Assembly (NCBI RefSeq): GCF_000143415.4
Contig: NW_003314271.1
Span: 1,012,826 to 1,036,744, forward strand
Length of the DNA stretch: 23,919 nt
Reading direction: 5' to 3'
From: Selaginella moellendorffii
Lineage: Eukaryota; Plantae; Lycopodiophyta
The notes below the pieces were generated by a model. It worked only from the letters and a program-made list of their open reading frames with translations, did not search any database and had not been told where the DNA came from. This document shows positions 1 to 10,462 of the stretch, in pieces. The translations under genes were made by a program, and so were the position numbers. The first letter of the stretch is position 1. Each line of letters begins with the position of its first letter.

Positions 1-4
1 GGAT

Positions 5-528
5 TGTCAGGAGAGAAGTTATCTTTGGGACAGTGTAAAGTTACTAAATATGGTATGGTGCTAGGTTGTGAATTTAGACATAGAATCAACACCATTGTGT
101 TCAAGACAATCTCTACATTCCATAGATATGCCACAAATCTAAACACTTTCCATAAATAGTAATTAGGACCAAACAGAACTAACATAAAGGGCATGATAGT
201 GAGGGTGTTTAGCAGACATAGCAAGATATCATCTAGAAATAATGAGGGACTAGTATCAATATGCAAGGGTTTTTGTCAAGCTAATGCAAGACAGAGCAAA
301 AGAGAACTAAAAGTCAGGCCGACTATGCTCAACAAGAAATACATAGGAGTTTCTACCTTATGTTCATTTGATTAAGTATAGTTGCTAAACCCAAGTTACT
401 AACACTTGAATAAAAGGGACTGATAAAGGGTCCAACAATACGAACCTTCTACTATTGTGATAATAAGGAAACAATATTCAAAAGTAGCCAATAAGTACCT
501 TTCGATACTTGCAGTCATAATTGTAACA
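5..528 (-). repeat. Putative 3' LTR of old left element (about 524 bp)
   Basis: Plus strand TGTCA (5) ... TGTAACA (528), next to the PPT-like tract; homologous to 21525-22058. Left boundary uncertain because it is at the window edge. Confidence 0.5.
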
Positions 529-3000
529 CTCTCCCTATCTTAGGGAAGATCGACATCCTTGTTGCATACTCTAATCTAGATCATTGCCAAGGAAAAAACT
601 CCAAATTTTTTTTATGGTGTTCACACTTTGTGAGAAATGCACTACTTAAATGAGTTAGGAGGCAATCTCTCTCTTTAATGCAAATGCACCACAACTCAAA
701 CCCCTTCTGGCCGTTGCCAACAAGGAAATAACCAATGGAATTAGCCACCCTTATTGCTTTGGGTGTCACCCAACTTACAAAAAATGATATACCCCTGCCT
801 ACATATGGTATAGAGAGAGAAGTTAGAGGCCCCAACCCTCCTGAGTAAAGAAACCAAACTTGTTAGTAAGGTTTAGATAGACTACTGTAAATAGGCATCA
901 TGCCTTTTTAACGATCAGGAATTTTAATGCTCTTTACATAGTCACCTTTTAACGAAATAAGAAACATCAAAAAAGAAGCAATTGATGTGACAAGTCAATA
1001 ATAGCTACCCCAGAACTAAAACTTTCACCATGCACACAAAGTGCCAAAAGCAATTTACCTATATTGGCCCAAATGGAAAGATCAAGAAATGGACAATATC
1101 AAAGTTAGAGCCAATGATATCTTAGAGACTTAATTATTAGTGAATAAATCTTAGATTAAAACACAAAAGTATTCCAAGGAAATTATCATTTGATAAACTA
1201 ATATTAGAGTATAAGAACCATCATAAGATTCACTATCTAATAAAATTCAATAGCAAGTGTACCATCAAGAACACTCAATGATAAAATTTAATTATCAAAG
1301 ATTATAGACAATATACCAAAAAACTTACAAAAACAACTAAAAGAACACAAAATATCATTGATTGGTAAGTAAAATGCTCTAAAATGTATCACCTAATAGA
1401 AAAAATATCTAACCTATCATAACCAACCATAGTAATAATGTTGCAAAGTAAACAAACATTTGTTCATGCCAACTATCACACCAGCTAATCTGAATAGATC
1501 TCAGTCAACAATACTAAAAAACTAGAGTTCTATCAACATTTCAAACCCAAAAAACCAATCCAGAATAAACTATAAAGAACATATGGTAATGCGAAAAGTC
1601 ATAAACTATCAAAAAGAATAACTAACTATCATAAAAGATCATCAATCATCCCATTAATAGAGAAATACATAATCATTGTCGAAGAAAGATTCCATCATCC
1701 CAAAGAAAGGCAAATCATTCTATATCAACATTAATTAAACAAAACCTTTTGACAAGAATAATAGACTATCTTAGATGATAGTTAATCATCACTAATGTTT
1801 GTTAGATGTAAATACTAACTCCAATATTGAAGTTAATGAGCAAAAATGCCTTCCCCAACAACTTCTAATAAATGAAACAATGAGCATAAAACTCAAAAAA
1901 CCAAAAATTCGAAAAAGCCTATAGCTAAGTCTTGCCTAATAATGATTATGAGTTTTGCATAAACTAACTTCAATGCCAAAGAAAAAATCATGATATAACC
2001 CACAATATTCTTCTTAACACATCCAAAAGCTAAATTTCATAATGCAAAAGCTAATGGAGTATGTCTACATTAATTTGAAAGTCAAGTAAAACGAAGTTAT
2101 ACTCAATAAGTGATCACCAAATGATCCTCTATGAATCCATCTTCCATAGCAAAACATAATTCACTTTATAACAAGCATAAGAAGAATCATCAATGATTGA
2201 CATATTCTCAACTCAAATCTAATAAGGATTCAATCACTTCAATATCAATCATTAACTCTTCTTTTTATAAAGTTAGTATAGTCCACGACTAAATCACATT
2301 TCAAGGAAAAGCCATAGTTCAACCCCTACTAAATAATCTAGTCTAGAAGATAACTAACTCAAACTTACCATTTAATTTGTTTGAATGCTAATATAATTGC
2401 TAGCTAATAATTGCACGAATGCCAAAACCACAAAGCTATAGCCAAATCATCAACACTATCAACATTGAGATTAATGAAACTCAATATCAATTTTTAAAAA
2501 GACATTTCATTTCATTCGAGTTACAATATCAACAATGTCAATGACAAGACATCACTTTAATGCCATCAACACCAGAACAAAGCGAAGAATAAATCACCAC
2601 TCAAAACTTTTTAACAACTAAGCTAACTAAAGTCAAAGATACTATATTTAGTATTTGAGACCAATTTTTTGACAATACTCAGTTACAGATAACATATCAT
2701 TAATGAGTGAATCACCACATCCAAGACTCAATGTAATCCAACATCATGGACTAAACACAACCAAATAATATCGACAAAGATAGAATTGTCATGCCAACAT
2801 GGAAAAATTATGTAAGTTAACGATACGATCCTTTGCAACACCATTCGGTAGAGTAATAAATCATCATCGAAAAAAGCAAGTGTCAATAATTCTTAATGAA
2901 TTTTATATGTAATTATTAATCATAGAGCAACCAACAATCACTCTTCAACTTGCTTTCAGAAAACCCAGATACTAAATTTATATCATCGAGTCATACATTT
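5..3000 (-). mobile_element. Old decayed LTR element (host of the nest), 3' part; continues at 18578-18757
   Basis: Reverse-complement homology to about 19585-22058. PPT-like AGATAGGGAGAG (529-540, minus) is followed by TGTTACA. No intact ORF; CpG depleted. Confidence 0.7.
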
Positions 3001-4762
3001 TGTAAGCGACTAAATTTTCCATTCTACTTTAGTCACTTAACCACACCTCCGACCACTTGGAGGAGTCTCATTCACAACCTCCATAAGTCCAATCCAGGAC
3101 TTGGGACTTGCTAGCCCCGAGAATGGCATCCATGCCACTCAACATTTGCACTTGGTCCAAGTGCTCCACGTGTCCGATCCCATGACCGACACTCAAAGGT
3201 ACCACCGACATAGCAGCCCGTTACGCTAAGGCCATGCCCAATCACCTTTGCCACACTGGTAGTCCAATACCACTTGCATCACAGTCTTGGCTCCCCAAGA
3301 CTAGGCAAACCATCCGTGAGTGGTCATCTCAGATCCACTCCTTAGCATCCTTAGGATGCCCACCGACAAGGGGAATAGCCTTCCCCAATATCCCTCTGTC
3401 AGTCCCCACTAAGTCCCTTTCTGCCCCTGGCCGTGTTTGCCAACACTGCCACTGGACCGAGACCCACAGGCCCAACCACTAAGTCCCATGGTCCTCTGGG
3501 ACTTCCTCACCACACGACTGTGTCCTTGGTCACTACCCCAGAGGACTGCTCCTCTCCTTTCCACAGTCTAGGCCTTTGGGACAACATTTCGGAACACCGT
3601 GGCCTTACGCGAGCCACCTAGGTACTCTCCCCGCCTTTCGCCTTTAGGTGCTCTAGCCATGGGCTTAGAGCGAGGTTCCGTTGAGCCACGACAGGTATCC
3701 AAGTAGGTAGTGCCACCCACACTTGGACTAGGAGCATCGGCCAATCGATCTCCCGGGGGAACTAGAGCCGGCTCTTGAACACTTCACCAAGCTACCCCAC
3801 TTGTCGGTCCGTGTTCACTCTAGTCTTGGACTTCCCAGTGGGCAGCTCATCACCCAACACTGGGTCTGGCCTTCCTGGGCCAAACTGGCCTTTCCTGGCC
3901 AAACTGGCTCCACTGCAGTCCTCCCCCTTACTATACTTTTGGAGCTCACCAAACCCCCCAGGGTCTGGGAGACGAACGCTTTGGGCTTTCACCCTCTCAG
4001 GCTCCGGACTCGGACTCGGACTCGGACTCGGACTCGGACTCGGATTCGGACTCGGACTCGGGCTCGGGCTCGGTCTCGGCCTCGGCCTCGGTCTCGGTCT
4101 CGGTCTCGGTCCCGGTCTCGGTCTCGACTTCGGACTCCATCTCGGACTCCATCTCGGACTCCATCTCAGACTCCATCTTGGGTCCATCTCGGGTCCATCT
4201 CGGACTCCATCTCGGACTCCATCTCGGGTCCATCTCGGACTCCATCTCGGACTCCATTTTGGGTCCATCTCGGGTCCACCTCGGACTCCATCTCGGACTC
4301 CATCTCGGGTCCATCTCGGACTCCACTTCGGACTCCAACTCGGGTCCATCTCGGGTCCACCTCGGACTCCATCTCGGACTCCATCTCAGGTCCATCTCGG
4401 ACTCCACTTCGGACTCCAACTCGGGTCCATCTCGGGTCCACCTCGGACTCCACTTCGGACTCCATCTCGGACTCCATCTCGGGTCCATCTCGGACTCCAT
4501 TTCGGACTCCAACTAGAGTCCATCTCGGACACTCCCACGTGTCATGTGTTGGTCCTTTTGGGTCCCTTTTTGGAGCCTCACCTTTTGCTCGCTTCGTGCT
4601 TGTTCCTTTTAGCACTTCGTTGGGAGTTCCACTCCCGCTCTTGACTTTTCAAGTCGGAGCTTTTGGTCCAAACATGTTACGCTCGTTTGGCTCTTGCTTC
4701 GGCCACTACCATGTGGCGCCCTTCCGGCTCCACTTTGGGGCCTAGGGATTTTGTGTCTCACA
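3001..4762 (-). repeat. 3' LTR of outer element (1762 bp)
   Basis: TGTAAGCGAC...GTGTCTCACA, adjacent to the PPT; about 9 substitutions versus 16775-18572 outside the array. Confidence 0.96.
4007..4530. repeat. Compound tandem array in LTR: (GACTCG)x9, GGCTCG/GTCTCG hexamers, then 11/12-mers forming an 81-bp higher-order unit
   Basis: Directly visible. Units TCGGACTCCATC and TCGGGTCCATC; 27-aa periodicity in the ORF track (3x11+4x12=81 bp). Confidence 0.97.
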
Positions 4763-4774
4763 ACTCCACCACCC
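4763..4774 (-). promoter_or_regulatory. Polypurine tract, outer element
   Basis: Minus strand GGGTGGTGGAGT directly abutting the TG of the 3' LTR. Confidence 0.8.
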
Positions 4775-5939
4775 ATAGACGAAGTTCGATGTCCTCATCG
4801 AACGGTAAACCCTTTCATAAAGTAACACCCACACGTGTTACCATTTCCATCCTTGGCACCTAGCCAATCTTTGTCTATGGTTTGACATCAAAGACTCACC
4901 ATGCCTTGTCCATCCTTTAAGGAGCGTAGTCTCTCCAACTTAGAGACTGATTGGACCACATGTAGTGGTTCTCTCCTTTTATTGGTTTAGTTCTCGCTAA
5001 ACGTCTTAGAGACCCTTCTCTAAGTCAATCCCACTACTCCTTCTCGAGTAGTCTCAATTTCCATCGATATAACCTTTGCACTTTGGAACTTTGAATTTTG
5101 ACTTCTTGGAGTCAATTTCCTAGGTGTCTCCAACACCTTGCATTGCACAGATTGTACGACTCCACTTCCCTATCCTAGGAAGTTCATTACTTGAGGGCAC
5201 CATCATCCTCTCTTCTATTTTGTGCCACCTTGGGCACTAAGTTCCATTTATCACACTTTGTGCTAGGGTTGTCCATCGCCCTATCATTTGGCTACCTTAC
5301 CGCTCCCTCCCTTGGAGCTTCCACTTTCGCCAAATCGGAGCAATTCGGAATCCCTCCTTGGAAACACACTTCCTTTCCCGCAACTTGTTAGCGTCCAACA
5401 CATTAGTGTTCCTCGCCTAACTTTGGCACTTGGATTCCTTCCAAGGGATTCCACGGCCCTATCTTGGCCACTCATCTTTTGCTCCTATCCGTTGATTGTT
5501 GCATCAAGCAACATCAAATCTCTACCTCCCTCCTTGAGGTATTGTTTCGGTTCCATAGCAAAGACTCTTCTTTGCCAAGTCCGGAGGATGTTCACCCCTA
5601 GTACGTCTCTTTAGCATCTTCTGCTATGGGCTCTATCCACGGCCCAACTTCGTGACCCTCCCATGGGTCTTTTATAGAGATTACTTTCCTCGGACTCACT
5701 ATGCCATCGTACGGACATAGTTTATTTCCCTTATGTGCTCTTCCCACTTGGTTATCACGACCAAGCCACACCACCTTAAACAGTTCAATTTCAACATTTT
5801 GAACCAGGAACTTCATTCCTTAGCCAACCAAGGACCTTGTCCTTTTCTGGCCATAAGATCACCTAGTGATCTCACCTTGGCACCTTAACAGAGTTGCCAA
5901 AAGGTACTTGGCTTTCTAGACCTCCAAGTTGTTGACTAT

Positions 5940-6370
5940 AACCCCGGGGGCATCCCCCACACTTGGCGGTGCACCCAAGCTAGCCCTTACGGCCAAGGGT
6001 TCATAGCAACTGAGATTAGGTGTCCCCATCTCACTCACCACGACCTTGGTGCCACTTGCACCAAAGTGTTCAAGTTAGATATGCTGAGCTTTCACACTAA
6101 GCAATCTAACCATGCATCACGACTTCGAGGCATCCCTCGCTTGGCGGTGTGCCCAAACCAGTCTCCCCACTGAGAGTCCATGACCACCGAAATATGAGTG
6201 TCCTCATATTCCAAACCATCACCACGCCCTAGTGATTTGGGACTCGAACCCAAGCACTAGAGGGTCGGGACTCGAACCCAACCTCCGTATATGCATCTAC
6301 GAACGGCATCACACAAGATGCCTGGCGTGACTCCCCACGCCGGTGCACCAACCTATTTTTAAAGCGCGCT
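5940..6370 (-). other. Dense hairpin cluster, candidate cis-acting structured RNA (outer)
   Basis: About 10 consecutive inverted repeats, e.g. 6011-6033, 6046-6064, 6074-6110, 6191-6210, 6229-6260, 6263-6283, 6305-6322, 6324-6341. Confidence 0.6.
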
Positions 6371-7074
6371 ACAGATCACAGCTTAGGAACTTAGTTCCTC
6401 CACACTGCCAAGTCCTCTCACTTGACATGTCTGTGATCATGCATGGACTCCTCCATGCTCGGCCCCATGGCCCACCCTTTTTGAAGTTATCACCTTCAAC
6501 TAGGGTCTTTGTTCCCCCGACGTGCCAATCTCGCTTGGCAAGTCCTCCGACCACTGTAACATGGTTCCTGCATAAGCGTGAAAGTCCTTGACCATCGACT
6601 TTCGTTCAAAGCCCTCTCTTTGAACACTCGGGAACTACTTCCCTAACCTTGATAGCCTTGCCTCATGGCAAGTTTCAAGACCACGCTTCTGCTGCGCCAC
6701 TCTGATTTCGCGCGTTCCATGAACCATTTACACTTGGCCTTTCTAGGTACTAAGCTACCTAGAATCGTCTTTGGGAACCTTGAAGGAACTCTGTCCCTCA
6801 GCTTGCTAAGGCCTTCCTTTTTGCAAGCCTTCCAAATGCCACATAGTCTAACATGGACAATTCCATATTTTAGACTCTCCATGGCATCACGGTTGCTAGC
6901 GGCAACACCCTTGAGCCCCCACTTGATTCTCCACTCTTAGCTGGCATAACCAACTTTGGTTATGCCCTTCGATTTCTATAGTTCAGTTCCATCCCAATAC
7001 TACTTGCCTTTTGGCCCCATATGTTTCCTTTGGTTATTCTCCTCCAGACCAGGAGGATAGCTTTGCACTTTCTA

Positions 7075-7498
7075 TCATGCCTTAGCAAGTATTCTTAGGG
7101 ATGAACCTACATAATAGCCCAGGGAGTGGTTCCTCAATCCGGGTATGCTCACCTTATAATCCCACACACTGGGATTACATTGTTGCTTATGGGCCTTTAC
7201 ATGCCCATCACTAACCTTGCCAAAATTCCATTCTTGGCTTTGTCCAACTCGGGTAGACAGTCCTCTCCTGTCTCCGCAACCTTGGACATTTGGATAGCAC
7301 CTTCTATCCATCATTCACTAGGGACTTAGTCCCTTGGGCTTTATCCATTGCCCTCGCGACATCAAACACTACCTTCTGGTGTTCTAGAGTGTCCGGGTGT
7401 CCCAATGATGGCTTTCTTGACAATGAGTATTTCCTTTTATGACATTGACTTACTATATCGCAACACAAGCAACTTATCCCCCGTAAGGGTATATCCAA
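7075..7498 (-). pseudogene. Possible heavily decayed gag zinc-knuckle / aspartic protease remnant (outer)
   Basis: Minus-strand fragments ISCLCCD...CHKRK, GTKSLVNDG and SVWDYKVSI...LGYYVG occur in the order expected for CCHC, ALVD(T/S)G and DVVLG. Key residues are lost and the resemblance is by eye only. Confidence 0.3.
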
Positions 7499-8500
7499 CT
7501 TCCTTATGCTATTAAGAAGTCTTGGGTAGCTACCTTCTACCCGTTTAACAAGTTATTTTGCACCTCTTGCTTAGTTGCCTCATAGTTGTCAAGTCCTACA
7601 ACTCATTGCTTGGTGCTTTCACACCTCCATCATTATCTGGGTCACCACACTCCAACTGCATGCTCTGCAGCTTAGGCTATGCCATTCCCATTTCCATTGG
7701 GATTCCTTTGGCAAGGGGTTCTCATGAACCCACCAACATAGCCTCAAGGTATCACACCTTGGCACATTTGGTGTCTCCACACCATCGGTTCCACGAGCCT
7801 ACCTCTATGACATTTCCCTTTCGTGTCTAAGTCTTTGCCAAGACCAACACTGCTCTTTCTCATGCCAACCACCCGTTAGCACTGCCCCATAGAGGTCACA
7901 CACAACTTTATGTCAAAGTTGTTTTCTTCTGGGAACACCTTTCCCATAACTTTAGCATGGCACATTTTGCCATCGATGAGATACCCTCTATTCTCATCCT
8001 TGGATCCTATGATCCCCCCCCATCCTTTGTGGGGTACAACACACCTCAGTCCAAATGCTTCCATCAGTCCTTTTTAGGACCATCCCTTGACTCTACTTGA
8101 GTCATCTAGCAGTTTTGGACTTGGTTAATCCACAGACCCGTAAGGTCCTACTTGTGAGGCACTAGCTCACTAGAATACACTTCTTGCATTCCTGTCCTAC
8201 TCAAAAGGACCATTTTCACAAGTGTTACTCCGACACTTGATTTTTTTTCTCCGGGGCAACTTTTGCCCCTTAGGACTACTTGTCCATGCGATGAGAATAC
8301 CACTCATCTCTAAGTACACCCCCCAACTCCTTGGGTTGTTCCAGCATTTATTAAAGGTAGCCCCGGCCACCATTTCAAGGACTTGAGTCCTCTTCCGTAT
8401 TTGACCTTCCACGGTCATTACCTTTGGTCTCACATTCATGAGCACCAACCTCAACTATATAAGGATAATCTTGTGACTCCTTTATTGTTTTGGAGTCTCT

Positions 8501-10450
8501 TGTAAGTGACTAATTTTTCCATTCTACTTTAGTCACTTAACCACACCTCCGACCACTTGGAGGAGTGTCATTCACAACCTCCATAAGCCCAACTCAAGAC
8601 TTGGGGCTTGCTAGCCCCGAGAATGGCATCCATGCCACTCAACCTTAGCACTTGGTCCAAGTGCTCCACGTGTCCGATCCCATGATCGACACCCCAAGGT
8701 GCCACTGACATATCGGCCTGTTACGCTAAGGCCATGCCCATTTACCTCGGTCACACTGGTGGTCCAACACCACCTACATTCCAATCCCGTCTCTCAAAGA
8801 CTGGGTCATCCATCCATGAGTGATCATCCCAGATCCACTCCTTAACATCCTTAGGATGCCTACAGATATGGGGAATAGCCTTCCCCAATATCTCTGTTCC
8901 GGTCCCCACCAAGTCCCTTTCTGTCCTTGGCTGTGTTCGCCAACACTGCCACTGGATCGAGGCCCACCGGCCCGACCACTAAGTCCCACTATCCTTTAGG
9001 ACTTCCTCACTGTGTGACTGTGTCCTTGGTCACTACCCCAGAGGACTGCTCCTCTTCCTTTCCACAGTCTGGGCCTTTGGGACAACATTTTGGAACACCG
9101 TGGCCTTACACAAGCCACCTGGGTACTCTCCTCGCCTTCTGCCCTTGGGTGCTCTAGCCATGGGCTTAGAGCGGGTTCCGTTGAGCCACACCAGGTATCC
9201 AAGTAGGTAGTGCCACCCACACTTGGATTGGGAGCATCGGCCAGTCGATCTCCCGGGGGAACTAGAGCCGGCTCTTGAACACTTCACCAAGCTACCCCGC
9301 TTGTCGGTCCGTGTTCACTCTAGTCTTGGACTTCCCAGTGGGCAGCTCATCACCCAACACTGGGTCTGGCCTTCCTGGGCCAAACTGGCTCCACTGCAGT
9401 CCTCCCCCTACTATACTTTTGGAGCTCACCAAACCCCCCAGGGTCTGGGAGACGAACGCTTTGGGCTTTCACCCTCTCAGGCTCCGGACTCGGACTCGGA
9501 CTCGGACTCGGACTCGGACTCAGACTCGGACTCGGACTCGGACTCGGACTCGGACTCGGACTCGGACTCGGACTCGGACTCGGACTCGGACTCGGACTCG
9601 GACTCGGGCTCGGGCTCGGTCTCGGGCTCAGTCTCGGCCTCGGCCTCGGTCTTGGTCTCGGTCCCGATCTCGGTCTCGGTCTCGGTCTCGGTCCCGGTCT
9701 CGGTCCCGGTCTCGGTCTCGACTTCGGACTCCATCTCGGACTCCATCTCGGACTCCATCTCGGGTCCATCTCGGACTCCATCTCGGACTCCATCTCGGGT
9801 CCATCTCGGACTCCATCTCGGACTCCATTTCGGGTCCATCTCGGGTCCACCTCGGACTCCATCTCGGACTCCATCTCGAACTCCATCTCGGGTCCATCTC
9901 GGACTCCACTTCGGACTCCAACTCGGGTCCATCTCGGGTCCACCTCGGACTCCACCTCGGACTCCAACTCGGACTCCATCTCGGACTCCACTTCGGACTC
10001 CAACTCGGGTCCATCTCGGGCCCACCTCGGACTCCAACTCGGACTCCATCTCGGACTCCATCTCGGACTCCACTTCGGACTCCAACTCGGGTCCATCTCG
10101 GGTCCACCTCGGACTCCACTTCGGACTCCAACTCGGGTCCATCTCGGACTCCACTTCGGACTCCAACTCGAGTCCATCTCGGACTCCACTTCGGACTACA
10201 AGTCGAGTCCATCTCGGACACTCCCACGTGTCATGTGTTGGTCCTTTTGGGTCCCTTTTTGGAGCCTCGCCTTTTGCTCGCTTCGTGCTCGTTCCTCGAG
10301 CACTTCGTTGGGAGTTCCACTCCCGCTCTTGACTTTTCAAGTCGGAGCTTTTGGTCCAAACGTGTTACGCTCGTTTGGCTCTCGCTTCGGCCACTACCAT
10401 TTTGCGCCCTTCCGGCTCCACTTTGGGGCCTAGGGATTTTGTGTCTCACA
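8501..10450 (-). repeat. 3' LTR of inner element (1950 bp)
   Basis: TGTAAGTGAC...GTGTCTCACA, adjacent to the PPT; shares subfamily-diagnostic bases with 14515-16442. Confidence 0.96.
9487..10219. repeat. Compound tandem array in LTR, (GACTCG)x20
   Basis: Hexamer run 9487-9606, then 11/12-mer array. Confidence 0.97.
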
Positions 10451-10462
10451 ACTCCACCACCC
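10451..10462 (-). promoter_or_regulatory. Polypurine tract, inner element
   Basis: Same GGGTGGTGGAGT abutting the LTR. Confidence 0.8.

Noticed and set aside
3438-3485. Resemblance of GCCAACACTGCCA to the 5' end of plant twister ribozymes
   Set aside because: Lacks the UAA cleavage context and the downstream conserved core and pseudoknot partners
3978-4002. Hammerhead-like CTGAGA-GGGT-GAAA-GCCC-AAAG on the minus strand (retrozyme idea)
   Set aside because: The core needs CUGANGA and GAAA after stem II; both are defective and no stems I/III are evident
4130-4530. CRISPR-like regular repeats
   Set aside because: Head-to-tail units with no unique spacers, no cas genes, eukaryotic TE context
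6239-6345. tRNA gene or tRNA-derived SINE
   Set aside because: B-box only; no A-box, cloverleaf, poly(A/T) tail or TSD seen
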